Assembly (NCBI GenBank): GCA_963743795.1
Contig: CAVUQZ010000003.1
Coordinates: forward strand, 80,065-144,064
DNA length: 64,000 bases
Source of the DNA: an uncultured Chloroflexia bacterium
GTDB taxonomy: Bacteria > Chloroflexota > Limnocylindria > Limnocylindrales > CSP1-4
Direction of reading: 5' to 3'
The notes under the pieces were generated by a model that saw nothing but the letters and a program-made list of their open reading frames with translations, made no database searches and had not been told where the DNA came from. Positions 31,101 to 41,063 of this stretch are shown piece after piece (within the stretch, counting starts at the first letter, position 1; each line of letters opens with the position of its first letter). The position numbers were made by a program, and so were the translations under genes.

Positions 31101-31673
31101 TCAGTAGCCAGCCTGGGTTGGTGCGGGGGTCGCGGCTGGGGCCGCAACGCTCGGCGCGGCAGCACTGGGAAGCGCGCCGCTGAGCGGAGCGACGAACCAA
31201 ACGCCGTTCTTGCCCTGGCCGTTGGTGTCACCCGCGGCCGAGTCCCCGGCGAAGTAGTAGAGCGGCATGTGGTTGTACGTCACTTGCATGGTCCCGTCGG
31301 CGCGGGCGACCGTGGCGAAGGTGCCCATGGCTTCGCTGGGACCCTGGATCATGGCTCCGCTGGCAGCGACCAGAGGCGGCCAGTTCGTGGCGCAGGTTCC
31401 CGTGCAGGTGCTCGTGTCGGCGGTGTCCTTCGTCAGGATGTAAAGGGTCATGCCATTCGCACCGGTGAGATACGCCCCCAGGGTCGGGCTGTTGGAGACG
31501 CCAAGGGTGACACTCGCCGTCACGTTCATTGCCGAGCCGGCTGCGACGGGGGTGGCCGTTGCGCCCAAGAGTGTAGACGCGGCAGTGCTGCCCGCAGACG
31601 AACAGGCGGCGGCGACGACTACGGCGCCGACCGCGAGGCTCGCCAGCGAGAACAGACGTGAAATGGGACGCAT
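31101..31673 (-). CDS. Lipoprotein with 'secreted repeat of unknown function' (COG4315/PF03640-like)
   Basis: Lipobox 'VVAAAC'. Two repeats of the type 'LYxxxxDxxxxSxCxGxCAxxWPP' ('MTLYILTKDTADTSTCTGTCATNWPPL', 'MPLYYFAGD'). Confidence 0.7.
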   Translation of the reverse strand: MRPISRLFSLASLAVGAVVVAAACSSAGSTAASTLLGATATPVAAGSAMNVTASVTLGVSNSPTLGAYLTGANGMTLYILTKDTADTSTCTGTCATNWPPLVAASGAMIQGPSEAMGTFATVARADGTMQVTYNHMPLYYFAGDSAAGDTNGQGKNGVWFVAPLSGALPSAAAPSVAAPAATPAPTQAGY

Positions 31674-31824
31674 TTTGCTTTCTCCTGGATCCGGAGGTCG
31701 CTGGATCCTGCTTCGAGCGGCCCCGTTGTCTGGAAGGGGGCGTAGGGTGTACGGGCCATCTCTCGGGCCGGTTCTTGCCGGCCTCAGCCGTTGCGGCTCG
31801 TGCGCCCAAGCGGTTCTCCGCGGC

Positions 31825-33235
31825 TCACGGGACGGAACGGGAGCCTGGGTCCTCGGCTGGGCGTCCCTGGGTCGTCTGGGGATCTCTCGGAATCTCGCGC
31901 AGCGACCGAACGGGAGAGAAGAGCACCCAGAGGAAGGCGACGGCCGACACCGCCGCGCCGATCAGGATCGTCGTGCGAAGCGGCAGGACGGACGCAACCA
32001 GGCCGCCGATCAGGCTTCCCACCGGCATCGTGCCCCAGACGATGAAGCGCATCGTGGCGTTCATCCGGCCCTGCATCTCCAGCGGCGTGATGGCCTGCCG
32101 GAAGCTGACCTGGTTGACGTTGTAGACCACGGCCGTGAAGCCGCTCAGGAAGACCGATCCGAACAGCAGCGCTGCGGCGATCGGGACGTCGGACGGCATC
32201 AAGCGCGTACAGGAACGTCGCCGGTCCAGTCAAGAACATCGACCCGACTATGGCAGGCCCGACGCCGATACGCCTCGACAGCCCCTCCGAGACGAGCGCG
32301 CCCAGGAGGATGCCAAAGCCGCCTGCCCCACCGATGATTCCGACGAGGAGAGCGCTCAGGCCCAGTTCGCGGTACGCGAAGACCGCGAAGATGGAGAAGG
32401 CCATGCTAGTCCCCAGGTTGCAGGTTGCCGTCGTCCCGGCGATCATCCGCAGATAGCGGTTGCCGAGTACGTAGCCGAGACCTTCGGCGATCTCCTGGCG
32501 CATGCCCATATGCGAGCCGCTCTCTGTGACGCGACGTTGCGGTCTCGGTTCGGGCTTTCGGATCAGCGAGATCAATCCGCCCGAGGCGAAGAAGCTGATG
32601 GCGTCGGCGACGATCGCGTAGGGTGCGCCTGCGAATCCGATGAGACCGCCTCCGATTCCCGGACCCAGGATTGTTGCGGCGGATTGCGGCAGCTGCAGCT
32701 TGGCGTTGCCCTCGACCAGATCTTCGCGCTCGATCAGCGCCGGCAGGTACGACTGGTCCCCGACATCGAAAAGGACAGTCAGGCATCCGGTAGTAAAGCC
32801 GACCGCGTAGAGCTGCCAGATCGTCAGGACGCCCGCCGCATACGCGATCGGAATGCTGAGGAGAGCCAGGCCGCGGCCGAAGTCACCGGCGACGAGCACG
32901 GGCCGGCGGCGGACCCGGTCCAGCCACGCCCCGGCGGGGAGCGCGAACAGGATGAACGGCGTCATCTCCACTGCGCCGAGCAGGGCAACCTCAAGAGGGC
33001 TCGACTTCAGGATGATCGCGGCGATGAAGGGGATCGCGAGCAGGCTCACCTGGCTGCCCATCAGGCTGATCGTGGCGGCGGACCAGAGCTTCATATAGTC
33101 GGCGTGGCGCCACAGAGAGTGGCGATCGGACCGCGCCGGCCCGGATTCCAAGGCTGCCGTCGCCGCCGTCTCCGCCAGAGACCCGGTGGCGGCCGGATCC
33201 CCCGTGGGGGTCGTCATTTCGGACATGGGCGCCAT
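31825..33235 (-). CDS. MFS transporter (EntS/enterobactin-exporter-like), frame broken around 32203-32210
   Basis: The N-terminal 10 TM helices are in ORF 31784..33343 ('LWRHADYMKLWSAATISLMGSQV'). The last two TM helices are in ORF 31825..32202 ('PIAAALLFGSVFLSGFTAVVYNVNQVSFRQAITP'). Confidence 0.7.
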
Positions 33236-33413
33236 GGTAACGGGGGCACTCCCGAAGGTCCGCCAAGTGGCACCGCTACGTCGGGAGCTACAGTTGGTGC
33301 GATCAGATGCCGGGCGCTGGGCCCACGCGGATTCTTCGCCCAATGGCGATGTTGCGGCCTGGGCAGCCCGATCGCTTTCCTAAGAGCCGTGCTCGGCACG
33401 GGAGGTACGTCGG

Positions 33414-34807
33414 ATGTTAGGTTCCAGCCATCGCCACCGGCATCAAGCCGAGCATCTGTCGGTCAACCCGCTCTTCGCCCAGGGCTCCGTCCTCGCTCCG
33501 ATTCCGGCCAGGAGGCTACCCGATGGCGAGATGTCATCCGCGGCTGCCTACCAGATCATCCACGACGAGCTGATGTTGGACGGCAACGCTCGCCAGAACC
33601 TGGCCACATTCGTCACGACCTGGATGGAGCCGGAGGTGGGCCGGTTGATGATCGAGTGCCTGCCCAAGAACATGATCAACAAGGACGAGTATCCCCAGAC
33701 GGCCGAGATGGAGCATCGCTGCGTCTCCATGCTGGCTGACCTCTGGCACGCGCCGGACCCGAGCAAGGCGCCCGGCTGTTCGACCGTCGGTTCGTCCGAG
33801 GCCTGCATGCTCGGCGAGGCCTGGCACTGAAGCGGCGCTGGCAGAAGAGGCGCAGGGCCGCCGGCGAGCCGGCGGACAAGCCGAACATCGTCATGGGCGT
33901 CAACGTCCAGGTCTGCTGGGACAAGTTCGCCAACTACTTCGAGGTCGAGCCGCGCCTCGTGCCGATGGAGGGGGACCGCTTCCACCTTTCGGCCGAGGAG
34001 GCGGTGAAGCTGGTCGACCAGAACACCATCGGTGTCGTGGCGGTCCTGGGCTCCACCTTCGACGGCAGCTACGAGCCGATCGCGGAGATCGCCGCGGCGC
34101 TTGACCGGCTCCAGGCCGCGACCGGCCTCGACGTCCCAATTCACGTGGATGGGGCATCGGGCGGGATGATCGCGCCGTTCCTCGATCCGGACCTGCCCTG
34201 GGACTTCCGGATTCCGCGCGTCGCGAGCATCAACACCTCGGGCCACAAGTACGGCCTGGTCTTTCCTGGGGTCGGCTGGGTCCTCTGGCGCGACCAGGCG
34301 GCCCTGCCCGAGGAGCTGGTCTATCACGTCAACTACCTGGGCGGCGACATGCCGACCTTCGCGCTCAACTTCTCCCGGCCGGGCGCTCAGATCGTGGCCC
34401 AGTACTACATGTTCCTGCGCCTCGGCCGGGAGGGGTATAGCCTCGTGCACTCCGTGTGCCGGGATGTCGCCCTCGCCCTGGCGGCGCGCCTTGCCGAGAT
34501 CGGCCCGTTCGAGCTGATCACGGACGGCAGCCAGCTGCCCGTCGTGGCCTTCCGCGTCAAGGCCGGGATCGACAACTTCACCGTCTTCGATGTCTCGCGG
34601 CGGCTGCGCGAGCGCGGCTGGCAGGTACCCGCGTACACGTTCCCCGCCCATCGCGAGGATCTGGCGGTGCTGCGCATCGTCGTCCGCAACGGGTTCTCAC
34701 ACGATCTGGCGGCCCTGTTCCTGGCCGACCTCGAGCGCCTGCTGCCCGAGCTCGAGCGCCAGGCGGAACCCATCGATAAGGAACTTGCGAACTCGTTCCG
34801 CCATTGA
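33414..34807 (+). CDS. gadB: Glutamate decarboxylase (PLP-dependent), frame broken around 33818-33824
   Basis: '[30 protein letters not shown]', 'GSSEACMLG' then a shift into '[10 protein letters not shown]', and the PLP-Lys region '[18 protein letters not shown]'. Confidence 0.85.
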
Positions 34808-34861
34808 GTACTGCCCGGTCGGGTCTCGCCGAGATGGCTCGCCAGGGAACCGCCAGCCGTC

Positions 34862-35524
34862 TCAGACGAGAGTCAGGACTGCCACGACGCCGGCGCCGCC
34901 GGCCATCGCACACGCGCCGATCAGTGAGATCCAACCTGAGCGACCTTCGCGCAGGACCGCCGCCAGGCCCGTCAAGACGCCGGCCAGCGCGAGGAACGAA
35001 AGCCCAAGAACAGCTCTCTGTTCACGCGAGCTGGCTTCGTTCGCCAGGTCCACCTGGTGGTTCTGTTCGGCCAGCTCGTGCTGGAGGTCGGCTACCGTAG
35101 CCTTCAGGAGCCCGGCCGTGTAGGCGTCCACGGGTGCGCCCCCCGTGGTGGCAGAGGTGGCCGCGATAGCTTCCTGTAGCTTGCCGAACGCCTGATCCTC
35201 GGCCGCTCCAATAGCCTGGGCGCTCTCATTGTTGCTGCGGATAGCTTCCAGTTGGCGGCTGGCTGACTCGATCCCAAGCATCAAGGCGAGCTGTTGGGCT
35301 CCCAGCGAAGAGTCGAGCGCCTGCCCGCTCACGGCAACACGAGTGGAGAGGTCGGCTGCCAGTCGCGCGGCCTCCACGTCGGCGCGGGTTGCGGAATGAC
35401 TTGCGGCTGTCTGAGTCGCCGCCAGGATCGCCGCGAGAACCGCGATGAGCCCGATCAGGACGGCCGCGATCACGTCGAACCGCCGCTCTGCTCGGAGCTC
35501 TGCTGCGGTGTCGGGCGCGATCAT
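34862..35524 (-). CDS. Hypothetical helical membrane protein (TM, long helical region, two C-terminal TM helices)
   Basis: 220 aa. Its ATG overlaps the upstream gene's stop (ATGA at 35521-35524). The architecture mirrors the upstream gene. Confidence 0.5.
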   Translation of the reverse strand: MIAPDTAAELRAERRFDVIAAVLIGLIAVLAAILAATQTAASHSATRADVEAARLAADLSTRVAVSGQALDSSLGAQQLALMLGIESASRQLEAIRSNNESAQAIGAAEDQAFGKLQEAIAATSATTGGAPVDAYTAGLLKATVADLQHELAEQNHQVDLANEASSREQRAVLGLSFLALAGVLTGLAAVLREGRSGWISLIGACAMAGGAGVVAVLTLV

Positions 35525-36246
35525 GCGAGCACCTCAACGCCCAGACCCATCAGCGCGCCCAGGGCGAGGGCAGCGGCCCCGGCCGTCAGCAGGAGTGCGC
35601 GGCGCCGTCTGAAGGGCTGGGCCAGCACCCCCAGGAAGGCGGCGATGCTCGTTGGAAGAAGAGCCAGGGTGAGTAGCTGAGCCTTGTGAGAGAGGCTGTC
35701 GCCGGCCGACTGCAGGCTATCCGGGTCCAATGCGATCAGCTCTGGGTTCTGTGCCCGCAGGTCGGCCAGCCGCTTCCCCAGGTCGAAGCCGCCGGACGGG
35801 AGCTCGTATACGGGCTTCCCGGCCAGGTTCGAGCTCGAGGTGAGACCCTCGACGATCCCGGCCTGGACGTCCGCCTCCAACCGGAGCGTCTCGGCGGCCG
35901 GTCCGGTCGTCTTGGCAGCGGCAGCCTGGAACTCGCTCTGGAGGATGCGAGCTTGGAGTATCCGGATCGCAACCGGCAGCTCGGACCCGTACAGGTAGTG
36001 GACGTCCTCCATCGCCCCGGCCGAGCGTTTTACCTCCGTCCTCAGCGCGGATTGCCAGTCCGCGGACGCAGCCTGGGAGATCATCGAGACGCGAGTCCCG
36101 ATCAGCGCCGCCAGGACCGCGGCCGTCGTGAGCAGGATGGCCACGCCGACGTGTCCGTGCTCCGCGGAAACGACTCCCATCTCCGAGGCGGCCTGGGCCG
36201 ACGTTTCGGACTCTGCGGATTCGAACAGCTCTCCGTACGTCGGCAT
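35521..36246 (-). CDS. Hypothetical helical membrane protein (possibly DUF4337-like)
   Basis: ATG 36246. 'AEHGHVGVAILLTTAAVLAALIG', then a helical region and C-terminal TM helices. The DUF4337 assignment is from memory only. Confidence 0.45.
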   Translation of the reverse strand: MPTYGELFESAESETSAQAASEMGVVSAEHGHVGVAILLTTAAVLAALIGTRVSMISQAASADWQSALRTEVKRSAGAMEDVHYLYGSELPVAIRILQARILQSEFQAAAAKTTGPAAETLRLEADVQAGIVEGLTSSSNLAGKPVYELPSGGFDLGKRLADLRAQNPELIALDPDSLQSAGDSLSHKAQLLTLALLPTSIAAFLGVLAQPFRRRRALLLTAGAAALALGALMGLGVEVLA

Positions 36247-36380
36247 CTCGCGACGGCTCCGCCAGCTGGTTGAGGTATCAATGTAGCTCCCGCAGTAGGC
36301 CCGCGCCGGCACTTGCGACGGGACAGCCGGCCCGTCGGGGCTACGAGTTTGGCCGCGAAGGCCCGAGTCTCAGGCCACCG

Positions 36381-38774
36381 CTAGTAGGGAATCACGTAGA
36401 CGTACATTCCCTCCTCGCCCTCGATCACCTTGCCCTGATGCCAGGGCACGTAATCCTGGGGGAGCTCGGCTATGGGAGCGGTCGCGTCTGGCGGTCGCGA
36501 CATCCCGCCTCTGGCCTGGTTGTTGAGATTCGAGATGCGCGGGTACCAGACATCCTCGATCTGCAGCGACAACACCTTGAAGTTGTCAGTCGTGGCGGGA
36601 TCGGCGGACGCCGAGAATCCCGAAACGACCCATGAGTGCCAGCCCTTCCAGACGAGCAGGCCCGCCGGGCGCTGGGTCAAGCGGATCTGCTTGACCACGA
36701 GATGGATCGCGTCATCCATCTTCGCCTTGGCCCCAACCTTGAAATGGCCGTACCCGAGCTGGGTGAGTCCCTGGGCCCACCCCTCCGGAGTGGCGCCGCC
36801 GTAGCTGCCTCCGCCGAGCGAAACAGCCAGATCGAAGAGCTTGGCCTGCGTGTCACGGGTCACGTCTGGGTAGGCGTTCATGATGTTCATGGAGGTTTGC
36901 ATCGCTGCCGGCACGCACCATGTGTCCTTGAACTCGTCGACGAAGTCGCCTTCCTTGTAGAGGTCCATGGCGAAGACGCCGGCGGTGGGAGATGGTGCGG
37001 GCGTCGCCGTTGCAGAACTCGTCGCAGACGCAGAACTCGTCGCAGACGGTGCCGGAGTGGGCACGAACGGGGTGGGCGTAATAACCGGCGGCCGAGTCGG
37101 CTGAACCCGCGCCCACGGCGTCACCACCGGATCTACGGCCAGCGTCGCGTGGTCGAGAGCCTGGGTCGTAGCCAGGAAAGCTCCACCGGTCAGCGCCACG
37201 AGCAACACCGCCGTTACCGCGCTGGTCACTGGCGACGACCGCCGCGGCCGCGGCAGGAACGCTCGCGAGCGATCCGTGACGAGAGCCCGTGACCATTGCG
37301 AAGCGGGGCCGATACGCGCCATTCGCGGCCGAAGGGCGACTGCCAGCACCGCCAGCTTCGTGGCCATGCCGATCGCGTAGCCTGTCGGAATTGCCGCCAG
37401 CCCGAGTTGTCCGGAGAGGGCGGTGGCGGCCAGAACCGTCGCCACGAACCCGGCAATTGCGGCTGCCGTCGGCTCGAGGGTGTTGCGGGTGGAGTAGATG
37501 GCCCGGGCGAACAGCTCCGTCAAGCTTTCGAAGGGGATCGACACGGCGAAGATGAGGGCCACCATGGTGGTCTGCGAGACGTCCGTTGCGTCGAAGGCTC
37601 CGCCACCAAGGAAGACACGGATCGCGAACGGGCCGAAGACCAGCAGGGCGATGGCGGCGGCAATGGACAGGACGGCGATCGTGGCGAAGTTGGTAGTGAA
37701 GACGCGCCTGAAGCTTCTCCTGTCGCCAGCCGCCACAGCGGACGAGAGAGCGGGAAACGCGGCGGTGGCGAAGGCGACACCGATCAGGCTCTCGGGCAGG
37801 CTCTGGAAGTGTTGGGCAAACGTGAACGAGGTGACCGACCCCGGCGCCAGGTTGGACGCCAGGCTGGTGAAGTAGAGAGCCGTGAGTGCCAGGAGTGGCT
37901 GGCTGAGCATCTTGGGGGCCATGAGCTTGAAGAACTCGCCCAGCCCATCGGTCCTCAGTCTCAGCGTGGGCCACGGCCGCAGACCCGTTCGGTATATCCC
38001 CACCAATCTGATGCCGAGGTGCGCGCAGGCTCCGACGACGGCCCCGACGGCGGCTCCGTAGATGCCCAGAGGTCCGCTCAGAAGCACGGCGCCCGTGGCG
38101 ATGCCGCCGTAGTACATCGGCTCGGCCAGGCCGTAGGTGACGAAGCGCCGTTCCGCAACCAGGACCTCGCCAAGCACCCAGGAGGCGGCGAAGACGACCT
38201 GGGCGAAGGCCAGGATGCGGAAGAGGCCGATGTAGAACTCGCGCTGGGTTGCGTTGAAGCCGGGCGCCACGATCGACATCGTCTGCTCGGCGAAGATGAA
38301 CATGACGGTCATGGCGATGGCCATCACCACGATCGCCAGGGTAAGGATCGTGCGCGCGAACTCCCGCGCCTTGTCCGCGTCCTCGCCCTTGAGCCCTATG
38401 AAGAGCGGCAGAAACGGCCCGACGACGCCGCCCACGACCAGGAAGTCGAGGGCTAGCTGAGGCAGGCGCATGGCCGCCGACCACGCATCCAGCTCCGCTC
38501 CACCCCCGTAGATGTGGCCGAGGACTCGGAGGTTGAAGAACGACATCCCGGCGCCGACAAGCAACAGGATGGCGAGGATCACCGCGTTCTTCGGCAGTGC
38601 CGTTCGCGTCAGGTTCTTGAGCCGGTCAAAGAGGGGCGCCCGGTTCTTCGCTGCGTCGCCGTAGAGCGCGGCCTCGGCAGCCCCGATCCTGCCCGCTGCG
38701 CGATCGCGGCGCGTCTCTTCTGTCGAGGGCAAGCGCCCAGCCTCCAAGTTCGATCGACCCGTTCGAGCCGCCAA
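36381..38774 (-). CDS. murJ: Lipid II flippase MurJ fused to a C-terminal extracytoplasmic papain-like domain
   Basis: About 530 aa of MurJ/MviN core (14 TM helices), an extra TM 'VTAVLLVALTGGAFLATT', a Pro/Thr/Ser linker, then about 199 aa containing 'DTWCVPAAMQTSMN' and 'KGWHSWVVSGF'. Confidence 0.8.
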   Translation of the reverse strand: MAARTGRSNLEAGRLPSTEETRRDRAAGRIGAAEAALYGDAAKNRAPLFDRLKNLTRTALPKNAVILAILLLVGAGMSFFNLRVLGHIYGGGAELDAWSAAMRLPQLALDFLVVGGVVGPFLPLFIGLKGEDADKAREFARTILTLAIVVMAIAMTVMFIFAEQTMSIVAPGFNATQREFYIGLFRILAFAQVVFAASWVLGEVLVAERRFVTYGLAEPMYYGGIATGAVLLSGPLGIYGAAVGAVVGACAHLGIRLVGIYRTGLRPWPTLRLRTDGLGEFFKLMAPKMLSQPLLALTALYFTSLASNLAPGSVTSFTFAQHFQSLPESLIGVAFATAAFPALSSAVAAGDRRSFRRVFTTNFATIAVLSIAAAIALLVFGPFAIRVFLGGGAFDATDVSQTTMVALIFAVSIPFESLTELFARAIYSTRNTLEPTAAAIAGFVATVLAATALSGQLGLAAIPTGYAIGMATKLAVLAVALRPRMARIGPASQWSRALVTDRSRAFLPRPRRSSPVTSAVTAVLLVALTGGAFLATTQALDHATLAVDPVVTPWARVQPTRPPVITPTPFVPTPAPSATSSASATSSATATPAPSPTAGVFAMDLYKEGDFVDEFKDTWCVPAAMQTSMNIMNAYPDVTRDTQAKLFDLAVSLGGGSYGGATPEGWAQGLTQLGYGHFKVGAKAKMDDAIHLVVKQIRLTQRPAGLLVWKGWHSWVVSGFSASADPATTDNFKVLSLQIEDVWYPRISNLNNQARGGMSRPPDATAPIAELPQDYVPWHQGKVIEGEEGMYVYVIPY

Positions 38775-38927
38775 TATTAGACTTCCGCCGACGAGTGGGC
38801 CGGACGCGATGTGGCGGCGAGCCCTCCGAACATGTCCCGGAACCGTGCGATCGGCGCTGGCCGTCGCGATCGCCCCGCAGGTTCCGAGAGACCCGAGACC
38901 GGGTCGATCGCTTGTCCGTCAGCCCGG

Positions 38928-40175
38928 CTATCGGCGGCTCAACCGGAATGTAGGTGCGGGCGGCGCCGGGATCGCGGCGAGGACGATGGGGTCGCCGGCG
39001 GCATGACGACGTGCTAGTTCGAGACGGAGCGACTCCTCGCCGCGGGCCATGGCCCAGCGGTGGTTTGCCGCGAAGACCGGCTTCATCAGGAACGACAGCC
39101 GCTTGAGAAGGCCCTTCTCGGCTGCGATCCGCCAGTCGTAGTCGACGCGGGTACGGGGACCGTCTGGTTCGCCGGCAGCCGCTTCGGGCGTCAGCGTCCA
39201 AATCCCTCGGCCCACGAAGTCGCCGGACGCTTCGATCGCGAAGCCGCGCGGCGGATCGCTTTCGGTCACCCGGAACCGCCAGCGCAGCGTGTATGGCAGC
39301 CAACCCTTCGTGTACAGGTCGACGACGCGCCCGGTTCCGCGCTCATCGCCGGGCTCCAGGACCGCTACCTCCAGGTAGACCGAAGGCCACCATCGTGCGA
39401 GGGCCTCTGCGTCGCCCAGCACTTCGGCGATCTCGTCCGGTGTTGCCGGCACCAGCCAGGTGGTGAGGAACGCGTACTCGTTGGCTGCGGGTCGGGTCGA
39501 CATTGCCGGCGTGGGCTCCGGCGCTACCGCGGCTCGGAGAGAGCGGTACGAGGCCGCGAGCATTCGACCGACCTCGGGCCAGTAGGCCGCTCCGCGCCCC
39601 GTGGGACCTTCGGGATCGGCGGTCGCCCCGCGATCGCGCACCTCGGCGGCGACGCCTCGCAACCGGCCCGCCTCGGCGACCGCGGACACCGGAACGCCGT
39701 ACAGGACCGAGTAGAGTTCGGCGATTGCCATACCGGCCGTCTCGCCTGCAGCGAGCCCGATATCCCGGCGCACCGTCCACCAGCGAAGCTCCCGGCGCGC
39801 CACCTCGACCGCATCCACCCCGTCGGGGAGACCCAGCACCCGGTAGCCGCGGGCTATGTCCCGAAGGTACGCGCCATCGTCGCGCTCGGCAGCGGTGGTT
39901 CCGGCGGCAGGATCGCCGGGAGCGCTCCAGCCAGTCCGTCCGAACGCCGCCGCTCCACGGGCCAGGAAGGCCGCGGCAGCGACCGCTCGCGGCCACGAGA
40001 CGGCTGCCTGCTCGCGGTTGGCCTGCACGAGCAGCTCGAATAGCCGGGCAGGCTGGCGCCGGTAGTACGCCTTCCACATCTTCAGCTCGAGCAGGGCGAG
40101 TCGATCCGGGTCGAAGCCCCGCCCCCAGGACACACGGGAGCTGCTCACCGGCCGATTGTTGCCGAAGCCGACCAT
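38928..40175 (-). CDS. Two-domain protein: unknown N-terminal domain plus C-terminal SRPBCC (START/polyketide-cyclase-like) domain
   Basis: C-terminal 'WWPSVYLEVAVLEPGDERGTGRVVDLYTKGWLPYTLRWRFRVTE..FAIEASGDFVGRGIW'. Confidence 0.6.
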   Translation of the reverse strand: MVGFGNNRPVSSSRVSWGRGFDPDRLALLELKMWKAYYRRQPARLFELLVQANREQAAVSWPRAVAAAAFLARGAAAFGRTGWSAPGDPAAGTTAAERDDGAYLRDIARGYRVLGLPDGVDAVEVARRELRWWTVRRDIGLAAGETAGMAIAELYSVLYGVPVSAVAEAGRLRGVAAEVRDRGATADPEGPTGRGAAYWPEVGRMLAASYRSLRAAVAPEPTPAMSTRPAANEYAFLTTWLVPATPDEIAEVLGDAEALARWWPSVYLEVAVLEPGDERGTGRVVDLYTKGWLPYTLRWRFRVTESDPPRGFAIEASGDFVGRGIWTLTPEAAAGEPDGPRTRVDYDWRIAAEKGLLKRLSFLMKPVFAANHRWAMARGEESLRLELARRHAAGDPIVLAAIPAPPAPTFRLSRR

Positions 40176-40347
40176 GCCGCGCGAGCGCCTCCGAGATGTC
40201 CCGCCAAGTGGTGTAGATCGCCAGCCTTTCGCGAGGATCGTTCGTCAATCCCGCCACTTGGGAGACTCGGGCCGCCGGTCACGGAGCGAGGCCCAGGGTG
40301 AGAACATGGTCGAGTTCTCGCCTCAGTTCTGGAGGTGCCCGATCGCC

Positions 40348-41052
40348 ATGGCAGCGCAGTTCACCGGGTTTTCCCGAGACGCAGTCCAGTTCCTGGTGGA
40401 CCTGGCCCTGCACAACGAGCGATCCTGGTTCCAGGCACGCAAAGGCGAATACGAACGGCTGCTGAAGGAGCCACTTGAGGCCTTGTGCGTAGCCCTCGGG
40501 GAGCGCTTCGAGGCAACCCGCGTGCCCCTTCGAGCGGACCCCTCCCGGTCACCGTTCCGGATCTACCGCGACGTCCGTTTCTCGGCCGACAAATCGCCCT
40601 ACAAGACCCACGTGTCGGCGAGCTTCCCGTGGGCCGGCGAGGGTGGCGGCGTCGGTGCCTACTTCCACTTTCAGCCGGGCGAGATGTATGCCGGCGGCGG
40701 GATGTGGCATCCGGAACCGGCCCAGCTGGCGGCGTGGCGACAGACCGTCGACCGAGACCTCGAGTCCGTAGAGGCCGTGCTGCGGAGCCCAGGCTTCGTC
40801 GGCACATTCGGGGAAGTGAGTGGCGATCGCCTCAAGCGCGTCCCAACCGGGTTCGCGGCGGACCATCCTGGCGCGGAGCTGCTGAAGCTGAAAGACGTCA
40901 CTTTCGGTCGCCGGCTGTCCGACGACGAAGCTCTTTCGTCCAACCTTCCGGACTTGCTGGTAGAGACATTCGCTGCCGCGATTCCCTTGCTCCAGTTACT
41001 GGCGCGCCTCTCTCCGGATGAGGCTCGAGCCGGCTGGCTCAGGGGCGGGTAA
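40348..41052 (+). CDS. DUF2461 (TIGR02453) family protein
   Basis: 'FTGFSRDAVQFLVDLALHNERSWFQARKGEYERLLKEP', with GGAGG upstream of ATG 40348. Confidence 0.7.
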   Translation: MAAQFTGFSRDAVQFLVDLALHNERSWFQARKGEYERLLKEPLEALCVALGERFEATRVPLRADPSRSPFRIYRDVRFSADKSPYKTHVSASFPWAGEGGGVGAYFHFQPGEMYAGGGMWHPEPAQLAAWRQTVDRDLESVEAVLRSPGFVGTFGEVSGDRLKRVPTGFAADHPGAELLKLKDVTFGRRLSDDEALSSNLPDLLVETFAAAIPLLQLLARLSPDEARAGWLRGG

Positions 41053-41063
41053 ATTCCGCGGTC

